From the human T2T-CHM13v2.0 reference genome, Homo sapiens, in NCBI RefSeq assembly GCF_009914755.1, contig NC_060947.1: a stretch of DNA of 64,000 bases. The stretch is one strand, 5' to 3'. Positions 1 through 25,300 of the stretch are shown piece by piece (position 1 is the stretch's first letter; each line of letters starts with the position of its first letter). A program made the translations under genes and the position numbers. The notes beneath the pieces were generated by a model. It was not told the origin of the DNA and searched no databases. It saw nothing but the letters and a program-made list of their open reading frames with translations.

Positions 1-44
1 AGAGTGTATTACACACACCACAGTGGTTGTTTTTTGGGTTTTTT

Positions 45-168
45 TTTTTCAGAAAAAGGGATCTCGCTATATTGCCCAGGCTGGCCTGGAACTCCTGGGC
101 TCAAGCTATCCTCCCACCTCAGCCTCCCGAGTAGCTGGGACTATAAGTGCACACCCCTGTGCCCAGCT
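45..168 (-). mobile_element. Alu monomer (FLAM/AluJ-like) in ELK1 intron 2
   Basis: Antisense Alu monomer with T-rich tail, flanked by ACACCACAGT on both sides. Confidence 0.8.
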
Positions 169-170
169 AC

Positions 171-425
171 ACACCACAGTTTTGTGAACACATTCTTTCA
201 ATGCAACAACACAGTCCTTATTCACATATACAACTAGCACTCTTAGAAACAGCTTTTATACCTATGCCTTTACAGAGCATATTACGTACCTCAGTCTTGT
301 GAACACATCCTTTTGAAAAGGAGGAAAACCCTTACTCATATATAAACTGGCATTCTTAGAAACATCTTTCATACATGTATCTTTTTATACTGCATTCCAC
401 ACACCACAGTGTGGTAAACATCCTT
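171..425. repeat. Degenerate ~115-bp tandem repeat
   Basis: GTGAACACA at 184 and 299; CTTAGAAACA and ACCACAGT/ACCTCAGT recur at the same period. Confidence 0.65.
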
Positions 426-429
426 TGGG

Positions 430-1120
430 GGTTGGTATTTGAACAGAGTGCTGAAAGGAACCATGCAGAGATCTGGGGGTGGTGTTCAAGGCACAAAGAA
501 CAGCCAATGCAAAGGCCCTGAGGCTGGCCCATGCCTGCTATGTTTGAGGAGCTGTGTGGTGGAACCAGTGTGGTTGGAGCACAGTAAGGGGGTGGGAAGG
601 TATAGGCGGTAATGCTAGAAAGGTTACTTGTTTTACCATTAATTCACAGTTAATATTTATTTACACTGGAAGGGATTCTAGTTCTGATCCCCCATTTCAC
701 AAATGAAGAAAAAGGCACAGAGAGGAAGTGGTTAAATCACTCATCTAAGGTCACACAGCTGCTGGGATTGGGGGGTGGGTGGGTGCTGAGAGAAGGTGAG
801 GAATGAAGACTGCTCTGCAGGCAGAGGGAACAGCAAGAACAAAAGCTTGGAGGTGAGAACTAATTTGGTTTTTAAGGACTGAGGCCTCACGTGGGGTGGG
901 ATGAGATCTAAGAGGGGAGCCTCAAAAATTATCCTGTGTCCTGAGTACTTCCTGGGCCACCTTTGAGTAAGGAATTTAACCTCCCTATGGCCCAATTCCC
1001 TCACTACCTATCTCATGGGGTTGTGGTGAGGATTAAAGGAACTCATTCATATGAAACACTCTGCCTGATATACGGCAGGTGCTCAATAAACGCTAGCTCC
1101 TATTGGCATTACTATCATCA
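430..1120. mobile_element. L2 and MIR fragments
   Basis: L2-like GCAAAGGCCCTGAGG; MIR-like CCCCATTTCACAAATGAAGAAA and GTGAGGATTAAA. Confidence 0.6.
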
Positions 1121-1184
1121 CTGGCGCTAATGTATTCACTTATTGTAGTGAGGCAGAACGTCTTTGTGGTTACGAGTGTGACCA

Positions 1185-2160
1185 GGCTGACCCACTATTA
1201 AGAGGTGGAGGACAGGGAAGGCCGTACAGTGCTCCATCACAAGGAAAAGAGGATCAGCACGTTCTCTTCTGGGAAGGGAAAAAAAAAGAGAAGGAAATTG
1301 AAAGTACACGGCCGATCTTCCCCCAATTACAAAGCACTGGACTCACGGGAGGGTATGCGGGGGACTGTGCAAGCATACAGGGGTGTGGGGGAGGAAGGCC
1401 AATGAACAGATCCACTGCAAAGGGAGGGGTGATGAGGCTCATCGTCTGAGGGGAAGGGGAGCAGAAAACCTTACAGACTCCTGCACCACAGTGAGAGGAG
1501 AGAAAAGCCATCACACAGACTGATTCAAAGCAGAGAGGGAAAAGGCTATGGACTGAGCTACTGAAAATAGGGAGATGTAAAGCACTAAACTAACCCACTA
1601 TTAAAAAGGAGAGAACCCCAAGCGCTAGAGCGACAGTCTACGAAAAAGAGGAGACAGGGCAATGGACTGATAGCTAAAGGGACGTGAATCCAAACATGAA
1701 GACTGATCCACTATAAAATGGTGGTGGTGGTGGTGGGGGGGGGGGGGGTGGTTTTGAAAAAAGCCATGGACTGATGCATTGGGGGACTGGAGGAGGCAGG
1801 AATACAAACTCAGGTAGACTCACTGTTAAAGAGGGATGCGGAGGAGTGCGGCGCCACGGATTGATTCGCTACGATGTACAGGAAGGGTGGAATAAATAAG
1901 GCCACGGACGGGTCTCCTGAAAGTTGAGGCTAGGAGAAATCCAAACACTCAGATACACCTACTATTAAGGGGGCTGAACACTGTCACAGGCTAGCTCCCT
2001 ATAAGTGGGGGTGGGTGGGGGGCGGGTGGGGGTAGGGGTAGGGGGAAAGCCTATGGACGAGTCCACCCTAAGTTGGCGTGGGGAAAAACATAAGCACGCA
2101 GACCGATCCATTATACAACGGGAGGGGGAGGTTAGGCCACGGTCAGATCCACTATAAGGG
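1185..2160. repeat. Cryptic degenerate array, core RGACTGATCCACTATWAA, about 15 units
   Basis: Best units at 1185, 1404, 1587, 1700, 1813, 1951, 2100, 2141; spacing mostly 33-50 bp between 1517 and 2141. Confidence 0.7.
1824..1929 (-). other. ELK1: ELK1 non-coding cassette exon 2 (106 nt, 5' UTR)
   Basis: Minus strand ttctcctag|CCTCAAC...TTTAACA|gtgagt; matches the long ELK1 5' UTR as recalled. Confidence 0.85.
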
Positions 2161-2386
2161 ACGAAGGGCTTGAGCAATGCCACACGCAGGTCCACCAGCC
2201 GTGGTGGTGGCGGCGGGGAGTCGAACACCAGCAGGCCACCGGCCAAGCCACATCCTCTGCGCGGGGGCGGGAAGGATACGTGGGGTCACGGACTGGGCCC
2301 TCCACCCTCCAGGCCCAGAGCTCACCTGTGTGTAGCGTGGCGGTGGCGTTGGCAATGTTGGCAGCTCCGGGGGGCGGGGGCTCCAT
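1826..2386 (-). CDS. ELK1 upstream ORF, spliced 2386-2326 + 1929-1826, 54 aa (MEPPPPGAANIANATATLHTASTFRRPV...RIPL*)
   Basis: ATG at 2386-2384, 61 nt in exon 1, open through exon 2 to TAA at 1828-1826. Confidence 0.7.
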
Positions 2387-3050
2387 ACGCGGCCCCACCG
2401 CCCCCCAGGCCTGGGTTCCGAGGCGGCGGTGGAGGTGGTGGTGGCGGTGGCGGCGGCAGCACCTAGAAGCCGCCCCTGCGTTTCCCTACAGCTCACGTGG
2501 GCCCGAGGAGGAGGAGCCCAATGTCCCGCCGCTCGCTGATTGGCCAAAGCGCTATTAATCGGCCGCAAGGCCTCGAGGGGTTGGGGGACGGGCCCTTCCC
2601 TACAGAGCTGTGCCGTGATTGGCGTAAGGGGAAATGATGGAACGCTCACGGCCCCTGGAGTCCCGAGGAGGCGCGTTCGGCCTTCACGGTGCTCCACGCC
2701 GATTGGCTCAAGGACTGACGGACTGTGAGCAACTGAAAAGGCTCGGGGCCTGTGTCGGGGGGGCGGGGGTCTGCCTCACACTGATTGGCTTACATGGGAT
2801 TGATGGAAGACAGCCCCCAAGGACGGGGGTGGGTGGCCCTGTTTTTCTCTGATTGGCGGACGAGGGACTTCTAGACCCCTGCCAAAACACCAAGGGGGCG
2901 GTGTCGCACGCCATGCTGCTCAGCGGAAGCAGGGCTTGTATAGAAATGGGCGTAGCAGCCGGCGGGAGTGGGTCGGACTGGGCTCCGCGTAGGCGGGCAG
3001 GGCAGCTCTACGGTTAGACAAGACCATAGAGCTGGGTAAAGACGAATTTA
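2100..3050 (-). promoter_or_regulatory. ELK1: ELK1 CpG-island promoter
   Basis: CpG-dense; E-box CACGTG 2494-2499; minus-strand CCAAT boxes at 2539, 2618, 2702, 2784, 2852; GC boxes; ETS-like GCGGAAG ~2923. Confidence 0.85.
2326..2507 (-). other. ELK1: ELK1 non-coding exon 1 (5' end approximate); the ELK1 CDS lies left of this window
   Basis: GC-rich (CCG/CCA)n leader ending CACACAG|gtgagc; recognised ELK1 5' UTR; sits downstream of UXT. Confidence 0.85.
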
Positions 3051-3716
3051 GAACACAGCGGAGGTAGGAGGGCAGGATGGCTGTCAGGCACACGAAAGAG
3101 CATTGAGTGGCAGAAACGAAATGCTTTCAGAGGGCAGGGTTGAACTGCGGCCAGAGTTAAAAAGGGGAGGAACCTGGCTCTGCATTGATTGGCGGTGGCT
3201 GGACTCAACCTAGAATAGGGGCCCGACTAGGGAGAGCGGGATCCAGGTCTGTGCCCATTGGAAGCTGGAACACTTACAAGCAGGGGCTAAGACAAGGTAG
3301 GGCTGAGTTAGGGTTTGGGTGTAATTTGGGGTACCTGGGGAATGATTGGGTGTGTGAAAGCGTAAACCTTAGGGCCCTTTGATTGTTGTGGGAATGAACA
3401 AACCTCCACCATGAATTGGCCCATTCTCTATGGCAATTCAAAGGGTGGCGTCTAGGAAAAGGAATGGAAGAAAGGGTGAGGTGGGGGGCCCAGGTTGCCA
3501 AGATGACAGAAGAGAGGGCAGTGCATAAGGTCAACTGGCAAATACTGCCAGGCAACAGGCTGGAGGCAGGACTGCTGGGGCATTTTGGAGGTTCCACAGA
3601 GAGACTGGATCTCTGGGTCTCTCAGTAACTTTGTGCCCTAGGAACAGGCCCCCGTGGCAACTAGCAGGGTTTATGGGGAAAAAGAAGGGCCATGTGACTC
3701 AAAGGCATTCAGGCTC

Positions 3717-3722
3717 TTTAAT
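3717..3722 (-). terminator. UXT: UXT polyadenylation signal ATTAAA
   Basis: TTTAAT on the plus strand, 22 nt beyond the stop codon. Confidence 0.75.
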
Positions 3723-3744
3723 GTCTGAGGATGGGGGGAAGAAG

Positions 3745-10866
<7,122 letters not shown>

Positions 10867-11017
10867 GTTGACCGATCCAGTTTGGCCTCACACACAGTTC
10901 ATCTCTACCCTCTCAACGCTGGGAATCGGCTTGTCCGGCTCAAGCTGGAGGTTCAGCCTTCCGCCCCTCCCAACTCGGGGACCCGACCACCCAGGGACAC
11001 CCAAGCGCGGCCTTTAC

Positions 11018-11085
11018 CTCAGGCCGCCAGCAATAAGAACGGTTGGTAGGAACCGCGGCTTCCGGGTGGCGCGGGTGAATGACGT
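11018..11085 (-). other. UXT: Probable UXT non-coding first exon (5' end approximate)
   Basis: Donor GAG|gtaaag at 11018/11017; matching acceptor ccccag|GAG at 10840/10839. Confidence 0.65.
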
Positions 11086-12009
11086 AAGTGGCAAGCGCGC
11101 TGGCCAACCAAATAGCCAGTTGGGGAGGGGCGGGCCTGAGTGGAAGAAGACGGGCCAAAGGGGAGAAGAGAAGGGCAGGGCTTCACGGAATCCGAGGAGA
11201 TCAAAGAAGACTAGGGCGTGCGAGCAGGGGCCGTCTGGCAATAAACCGGCCAATGGGGGACTGCAAAAGCGGCGCCTGGAGCCTATGGAGACCGTGTGTG
11301 GCTGGTGGGGGTGGGATTTAATGGGATTTGGCGGGTTCTAAGGTAGGCGCGACGCACAGGTGGAGGTAGAGGAAGTGAAGAGTTTAATATTTAAAAGGAC
11401 CTAAAAATTGACTATGGTTCTGGTCTATAAGGAAGATCCCGTGTGATCTGTCGGCCTGGATATTGATTTTTCACACGGGAGGTTTGGATTTCACTCCTGG
11501 CAATGGGACTGAGTATAAGCATTTAAAAGGTTTTAAACAGAGACAGGTTTTCTAAAATTCATCTTTGATAACTCCAGCTCTGCACTCGCAACCCATAAGT
11601 GAGGCTCAAGTGGAAATTGACAACACTCTCTGTCTAATCACCTCGTTTGATAGTCAAATGGAGAGGGTGGCTGAAGTCCTCTGCCGAAGATTGGCCATCT
11701 TGTAGTTAGGCATAGTTCCCATGTTTTTATTTAAATGGTAAGGTTTTTGTGAATTTATTCTTATGCACTAGAGTGACTGAGTGAATTTATTTTTCAGGTT
11801 AGATTTTCAAACAAGAACTTATAACCCAGCAAGAATGGGCCTTTGCCTGGAGAAGAATCCAGACCATGGGATGAATCCCCAAATGCTATTTCCATCTGTA
11901 GAGCCTAGAGCACCCACCCCTACCAAGGAAGTCTTCCCAGATAATTTGTGTTTCATATGTAAAAGCAAGTTTTTTTTTTCAAATGCTCAAAACCCAAGCA
12001 AGTTAAGCC

Positions 12010-13607
<1,598 letters not shown>

Positions 13608-13704
13608 GAATTTATGGATTTAAAGGAGGTCACTGCATTGTAAATCAAGTGTTGAGTGACAGTGGTACGCATAACAGTGAACCTCCTCATCTAAGCTCTA
13701 TATC

Positions 13705-14033
13705 AGGGGTCAGCAAATTATGGCCCCTGGTTTGCTGACCCTTTACAGTTTCCTATAGCCTGCAAACTAGGAATACTATTTACATCTTTAAAGGGCTTTA
13801 GAAAAGTAAAACTAATATTTTGTGACACATCAAAATTATATGAAATTTGCATTTTAGTGTCCATTAATAAAATTTTCTTGGAACACAAGTCTCACTCATG
13901 CGTTTACATATTGTCTGTTACTGCTTTCACGCTATAATGGCAGAGTTGAGTAGTTGCCAAAGAGACCACATGGTATGGACATCCTAAAGTATTTACTATC
14001 TGGCCTTTTACAGAAAAGGTTTGCCAACCCCTG
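13705..14033. mobile_element. MER58-like hAT element
   Basis: CAGGGGTCAGCAAA...TTTGCCAACCCCTG terminal inverted repeats. Confidence 0.75.
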
Positions 14034-14339
14034 CTCTGTACAATGCCTGTCACCAATACAGAGGTTGGGGCTCTAACCAGGTGGGTCTCCCTGGCTTCCA
14101 CTGGCGACCTCTTAACCTGGCTTATGGGTGCACATTTTCAGGCTGGTGCTTCTGGGAGATATGAGAGACACAGTCAGCTTGTTTCCAGCTCCAAGATGTG
14201 AGATGGACTGTGTCTCTTATGTCTGCATTTGAATCTTCTCTCCTTTCCATCCAACTTCCTGCCCCCAGCTCTGACTCATAGGTCTCTGTCTTTGCCTTTT
14301 CCCAAGAAGAGCAAGAAATGACTAAGGCCCAGGGGAGGC

Positions 14340-16735
<2,396 letters not shown>

Positions 16736-17587
16736 TGTGAGACAAAGTACCATATGTAAGAAGCTATGTTTGCTCATTCGGCTTACCAGCAGAATTTCAC
16801 AAAATCCCTTATCAGTGGAATTTTACAAAGCCCCTGACTCAGTGACTCAGCACCACCCACTGGAAGAATGTTCTGAAGATGATCAGCAGTATGGAGGACA
16901 GCCTGCCATGTCCCTTGTGTGAATCACAGCAGTTTTAGAAAGGATAAGTTCAGCGATCCTAATCCTGGCCTCTTCCTATACAGAAGATAACAGGATTATC
17001 TGACCGGATTAATAATTAGGCCTCTGTAGTCTATAACCAGATGTGCCCTCATACCCAAGCCTTGATGTGATTTTGCTCTAATGTAACTTCTGAGCACATT
17101 TGATGTAACTTCTAAGCTACATGCAGAGCTGCCACCACCTGTGTATAAACTGTGGCCTAAAACAGTTGGAGCAGTTTAACAGAAACTCTCTGAAAGACTC
17201 TCTCCGGTTGCAATCTTCAGTAAGAGTTCTGAATAAAATTAACTTAGGCCAGGCACAGTGGCTCACACCTGTAATCCCAGCACTTTGGGAGGCTGAAGTG
17301 AGCGGATCTCTTGAGTTCAGAAGTTCAAGACCAGCCTAAGCAACATGGCCAAACCCCGTCTCCACAAAAATACAAAAATTGGCCGGGTACAGTGGCGCAT
17401 ACCTCTAGTCCCAGCTACTCGGAAGGCTGAGGTGGGAGGATCGCTTGAGCCCAAGAGATGGAGTCTGTCTGCAGTGAGCCGACATTGTGCCACTGCACTC
17501 CAGCCTAGGTGACAGAGACCCTGTCTCAAAAAAAATAAATAAATAACTTTAATTCTTTAAAAGCCTGATTTTTTTCTTTAGTTGACA
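16736..17587 (+). mobile_element. ERV1 solo LTR (MER4 group, MER67-like) containing an Alu at ~17247-17545
   Basis: TG...TTGACA termini, AATAAA at ~17232; interrupts continuous L1 sequence. Confidence 0.6.
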
Positions 17588-17916
17588 GTATTTTTCAGTT
17601 CTAAAATTTTCATTTGGAAATTTTATGATGGCAGAGCCCTCATGAACTAATCACCTTCCAAAGGCCACACCTCTTAATACTGCTACATTAGGGATTAAGT
17701 TCCAATCTACGAATATTGGGAGATACATTCAGACTATAGCAGGCCCCCTCCATTTTCTCCTGAACATGCATGCAGATTTGCTTATGTGCTGTCTTCCAGA
17801 CCGCTTGGGGTAAGTAGGATCTTATCAAGGCCTTTTTTGCCTGTCTCATTCCCTGTATCTCCCTGTTAAATTTATTACTGAACTGTTGATTTATTACTTA
17901 ACCCCAGTCAGTATGA

Positions 17917-18437
<521 letters not shown>

Positions 18438-18714
18438 TGAGATCACTGTTGTTTTAAGTGTTGCTCCTGTGCATAGAATTTTCCTCACTGCTCTAAATAA
18501 AGTCAGCCCTCTCCTGCAGCAGAGCTGCTGGTTCTTTGGGTCTGCCCTTTCTTGGTGGAGCTTCTGTGCCTCAGAGCTGGAGGAGATAGTAACAGCTCTA
18601 GATTAAAACACCACAGGCACCTACTATTCTTACTGAGATCTGAGCTTCAGTAGATTTTCTTTTACTTTTTCCTATCAGAGCTTGTCAGAACACTTAATAT
18701 GTTGATTTTTAAAA

Positions 18715-20146
18715 ATATTTTATTTTTTGTGGGTACATAGGTGTATATATTTATGGGGTACATGACATATTTTGATACAGGCATACAATGTATAAAAATC
18801 ACATCAGGGTAAATGGGGTATCCATCATCTCAATCATTTAGCCTTTCTTTGTGTACAAACAATCCAATTATAGTCTCAGTTATTTTGAAATGCACAGTAA
18901 ATTATTGTTGACTATAGTCACCCTGTTGTGCTATCAAATACTAGATCTTATTCATTCTATTTAATTATATTTTTGTACACATTAGCCATCCCCACTTCTC
19001 CTGCAACCCCACTACCCTTCCTGGCCTCTGGGAACCATCATTCTATTCTTTATCTCCATGAGTCCAATCGCATTAATTTTTAGCTCCCACAAATAAGTGA
19101 GAACATGTGAAGTGTGTCTTTTTGTGCCTGGCTTATTTCACTCAATATCTTCCAGTTCCATCCATGTTGTTGCAAATGACAGGATCTCATTCTTTTTTTG
19201 TGGCTGAATAGCACTCCATTGTGCATATGTATCACATTTCCTTTATCCATTCATCTGTTGACAGACACTTAGGCTCCTTCCAAATCTTGGCTATTATGAA
19301 CAGTGCTACAATAAACATGGGAGTGAAGATATCTCTTCAATATACAGATTTTCTTTCTCTCTCTCTCTCTCTTTCTTTTTTTCTTTTCTTTCTTTCAGAC
19401 AGGGTCTCACTCTGTCACCCAGGTTGGAGTGCAATGGCTTGATCTTGTCTTGCTGCAGCCTTGACCTCCTAAGCTCAAACAATCCTCCCACCTCAGCTTC
19501 TTGAGTAGCTGGGACTACAGGCATGTGCCACCATGCCTGGCTAATTTTTATATATATATATATATAATATATATTATATTTATATAATAATTTATATATA
19601 TAATATATATTATATAATATATTATATATATAATATTATATAATATATATTATATATAATATATATAATATATACAATATGTACAATATATATAATTTAT
19701 ATATATATAATATATATATATTATATATATATATATTAGAGATGGGTTTCATCATGTTGCCCAGGCTCTATTTCTGTGAAGAATGTCATTGGTATTTTGA
19801 CAGGGGTTGCATTGAATCTGTAGATTGCTTTCGGTAGTATGGTCATTTTAACCATATTGATTCTTCCAATCCATGAATATGGAATATGTCTCCATTTTTT
19901 GTGTCCTCTTCAATTTCTTTGTTTCACAGTTTTATTGTGGAGATATTTCACTTCTTTGGCGAAGTTTATTCCTAGGTATTTTATTTTATTTGTAGGTATT
20001 GTAAATGGGATTACTTTGCTGACTTCTTTTTCAGATGGTTTGTTGTTGGCATATAGAAATGTTATTGATTTTTGTATGTTGATTTTGTATTCTGCAACTT
20101 GACTGAATTTGTTTATTAGTTCTAGTAGTTTTTTGGTGAAGTCTTT
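18715..20146 (-). mobile_element. Old L1MA 3' part with an Alu (~19380-19767) whose linker expanded into an AT-rich tract
   Basis: L1MA 3' UTR and ORF2 motifs; resumes at 22301 after the nested insertion. Confidence 0.75.
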
Positions 20147-22300
<2,154 letters not shown>

Positions 22301-25300
22301 GGTGAAGTCTTTAGGCTTTTCTAACTGTAAGATCATATTATCTGCAAACAAGGATAATCTGACTTTTTCCTTTCCAATTCAGATGCCCTTTATTTCTTTT
22401 TCTTGTCTGATTGCTCTAGCTAGGACTCCCAGGACTATGTTGAATAACAGTGGTGAAAGTGGGTATCCTTGTCTTGTTCCAGATCTTAGAGGAAAAGCTT
22501 TCAGTTTTTCTCCATTCGGTGTGATACTAGCTGTGGGTCTGCCACATATGGCTTTTATTATGTTGAGGTATATTCCTTCTATACCCAGGTTTTTGAAGGT
22601 TTTTGTCATGAAGGGATGTTGAATTTTATCAAATGCTTTTTAGCATCAGTTGAAATGATCATATGGTTTTTGTCATAACCAACAATCGAAGTGAAAACTA
22701 ATAAAATGCTACACTTTAACTTCATTCCCCAGCTTTTAAACTTTTTGTTGTTTCTATTTATAGCTTATTATACTGTCTCTATCTTGAAAAGTTGTGGTAT
22801 TATTATTTTTGATAGGTTCATCTTTTAGTCTTTCTACTCAAGATAGAAGTAGTTTACATACTGCTGTTACATTGTTACACTATTCTGTGTTTTTCTGTGT
22901 ACTTATTAGTACCAGTGAGTTTTGCACCTTCATGTTTGAAGGATATTGTTACTGAATATACTATTCTAGGGTAAAAGGTGTTTTTCCTTCAACACTTTAA
23001 ATATGTCATGCCACTCTCTCCTGGCCTGTAAGGTTTTTTGTCTCCTCTGACTGTATATTTTCAAATAGCCTGTCTTCAAGCTCACTAATTCTTTTTTCTG
23101 CTTGATCAATTCTGCTCTTAAGTGACTCTGATGCATTCTTCAGTATGTTAATTGCATTTTTCATCTCCAGAATATCTGCTTGATTCTTTTTATTTCAATC
23201 TCTTTGTTAAATTTATCTGATAGAATTTCAAATTCCTTCCCTGGGTTACCTTGAATTTTGTTGAGCTTCCTCAAAACAACTATTTTGAATTCTCTGTCTG
23301 AAAGGTCACATATCTCTGCCTCTCCAGGATTGGTTCCTGGTGCCTTATTTAGTTCATTTGGTGAGGACATGTTTTCCTGGATGGCGTTAATGCTTGAGGA
23401 TGTTCACTGGTGTCTGGGCATTGAAAAGTTAGGTATTTATTGTAGTCTTTGCAGCCTGGACTTGTTTATACCTGTCCTTTTTGGGAAGGCTTTCCAAGTA
23501 TTCGAAGGAACTTGGGTTTTGTGATCTAAGTCTTTGGCCACTGCAGTCATATCTGCATTAGAGAGCACCCTGAGCTCAGTAATGCTGTGACTTTTGCAGA
23601 ATGGTAGAGGTACCTCTTTGGTGATCTTGGGTAAGATCCAAGATAATTCCCTGTATTGCCAGGCAGAGACTTGCTCTCTTCCTTTAGTTTTCCCCAAACA
23701 AATGAAGTCTCTCTGTCTGTGCTGAGCTGCCTGTAGCTGGGGGAGGGGTGATACAAGCACCTCTGTGTTTACAACAACTAGGACTTCGCTGGGTCAGACC
23801 CAAAGCCAGCACAGCACTGGGTCTTGCCCAAGGTCCATGGTGTCCATTGCCTGGGTACCGCCTATGTTCACTCAAGGCCCAAGGACTCTACAGTCAGCAG
23901 GTGGTGAATCCAGCTAGGCTTGTGTATTTCCTTCTGGGCGGTGAGTTCCCCCAGGCCCCAGGCAGGTTCAGAGATGCCATCCAGGAGCCATGGCCTGGAG
24001 TCAGGAACCTTAGGATTCGACCTAGTGCTCTATTCTACTGTGGTGGAGCCGACACCCAAGTTGTAAGACTAAGTCCTTCCTACTCATGCTTCCCCTTTCT
24101 TCAAGCAAGGACATGTCTCCCTGTGGCTACCACCACTCTAGGCTTGCAGAAGGTACTGCCTGGCTACTGTTGATGTTCATTCGAGGCCCAAGGGCTTGTC
24201 AGTCAGCTTGTGGTGAATGCTGCCAGTCCTGAGTCTCTTCCTTCAGGGCAGTGGGCTCCCCTCTGGCCCAGGGCAGGTCAAGGAGCCAAGGCCTGGAATC
24301 GGGGACCCCAGGAACCTAGTTGGTGCTCTACCCCACTGTGGCTAAGCTGGTACCCAAGCTGCAAGACAAAGTCCCCTTCACTCTTCTCTCTCCTTTCCTC
24401 AAGCAGAAGGAGTCGCTCCCCATAGCCACCACAACTGGGAATGTGCTGGGTCACACCTGATGCCAACATGGCTCTGAATCTCATCCAACGCCCATGGTGA
24501 GTAGTGCCTGGCTATCACCTCTAAGTATTCAGGGCCTAATGACTCTTTAGTCAGTAGGTGATGACTCCTGCCAGGACTGGATCCTTCCCTTCAAGGCAGC
24601 AGGTTCCTTTCTGGCCTAGGGTGTGTCTAAAGTGCCTGGGAGCTAGGGCCTGGAATGGGGGCCTCAGAATTCTGCCTGATACCCTATTCTACTGTGGCTG
24701 AGCTGGTATCCAAGTTGCAAGACAAAGTCCCTTTAACTCTTCACTCTCCTCTCCCCAAGCAGAGGGTAAGAGTCTCTCCCAGAGCTCCAAGCTATGCTGC
24801 CTGGGGTTAGGAGAGGGGTGACACAAGCACTCCCTTGGCCACCCCAGCTGCTGTCTCACTAGGTCACATGCACCCCAAGTCCATTGGCTCTAAGCTCAGC
24901 ACAGCACCAGGACTTGCCTAGGAATTGCAGTCCTTGTGGCCTAGACTGCCTTTCAAGTTTATTTAAAACCCCAGAGTTTTTATTTATATTTTTTATTTTG
25001 CTTTAAGTTCCAAGATGCACATGCAGAATGTGCAGGTTTGTTACACAGGTATACATGTGCCATGGTGGTTTGCTGCACCTATTGACCTGTCATCTAAGTT
25101 CCCTCCCCTTGTCCCCTACCCCCTGACAGGCCCTGGTGTGTGATGTTCCCCTCCTTGTGTCCATGTGTTCTCATTGTTTAACTCCCACTTATGAGTGAGA
25201 ACATGCAGTGTTTGGTTTTCTGTTCCTGTGTCAGTTTGCTGAGGATGATGGCTTCCAGCTTCAACCATGTCCCTGCAAAAGACATGATTTCATTCCTTTT

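Noticed and set aside
1185-2160. Repeat-spacer pattern as a CRISPR-like array
   Set aside because: Human DNA, highly degenerate repeats, low-complexity spacers and no cas genes
2152-2697. 181-aa and other overlapping ORFs at the ELK1 5' end
   Set aside because: Expected in a stop-poor CpG island; they cross splice sites and the promoter; no recognisable protein
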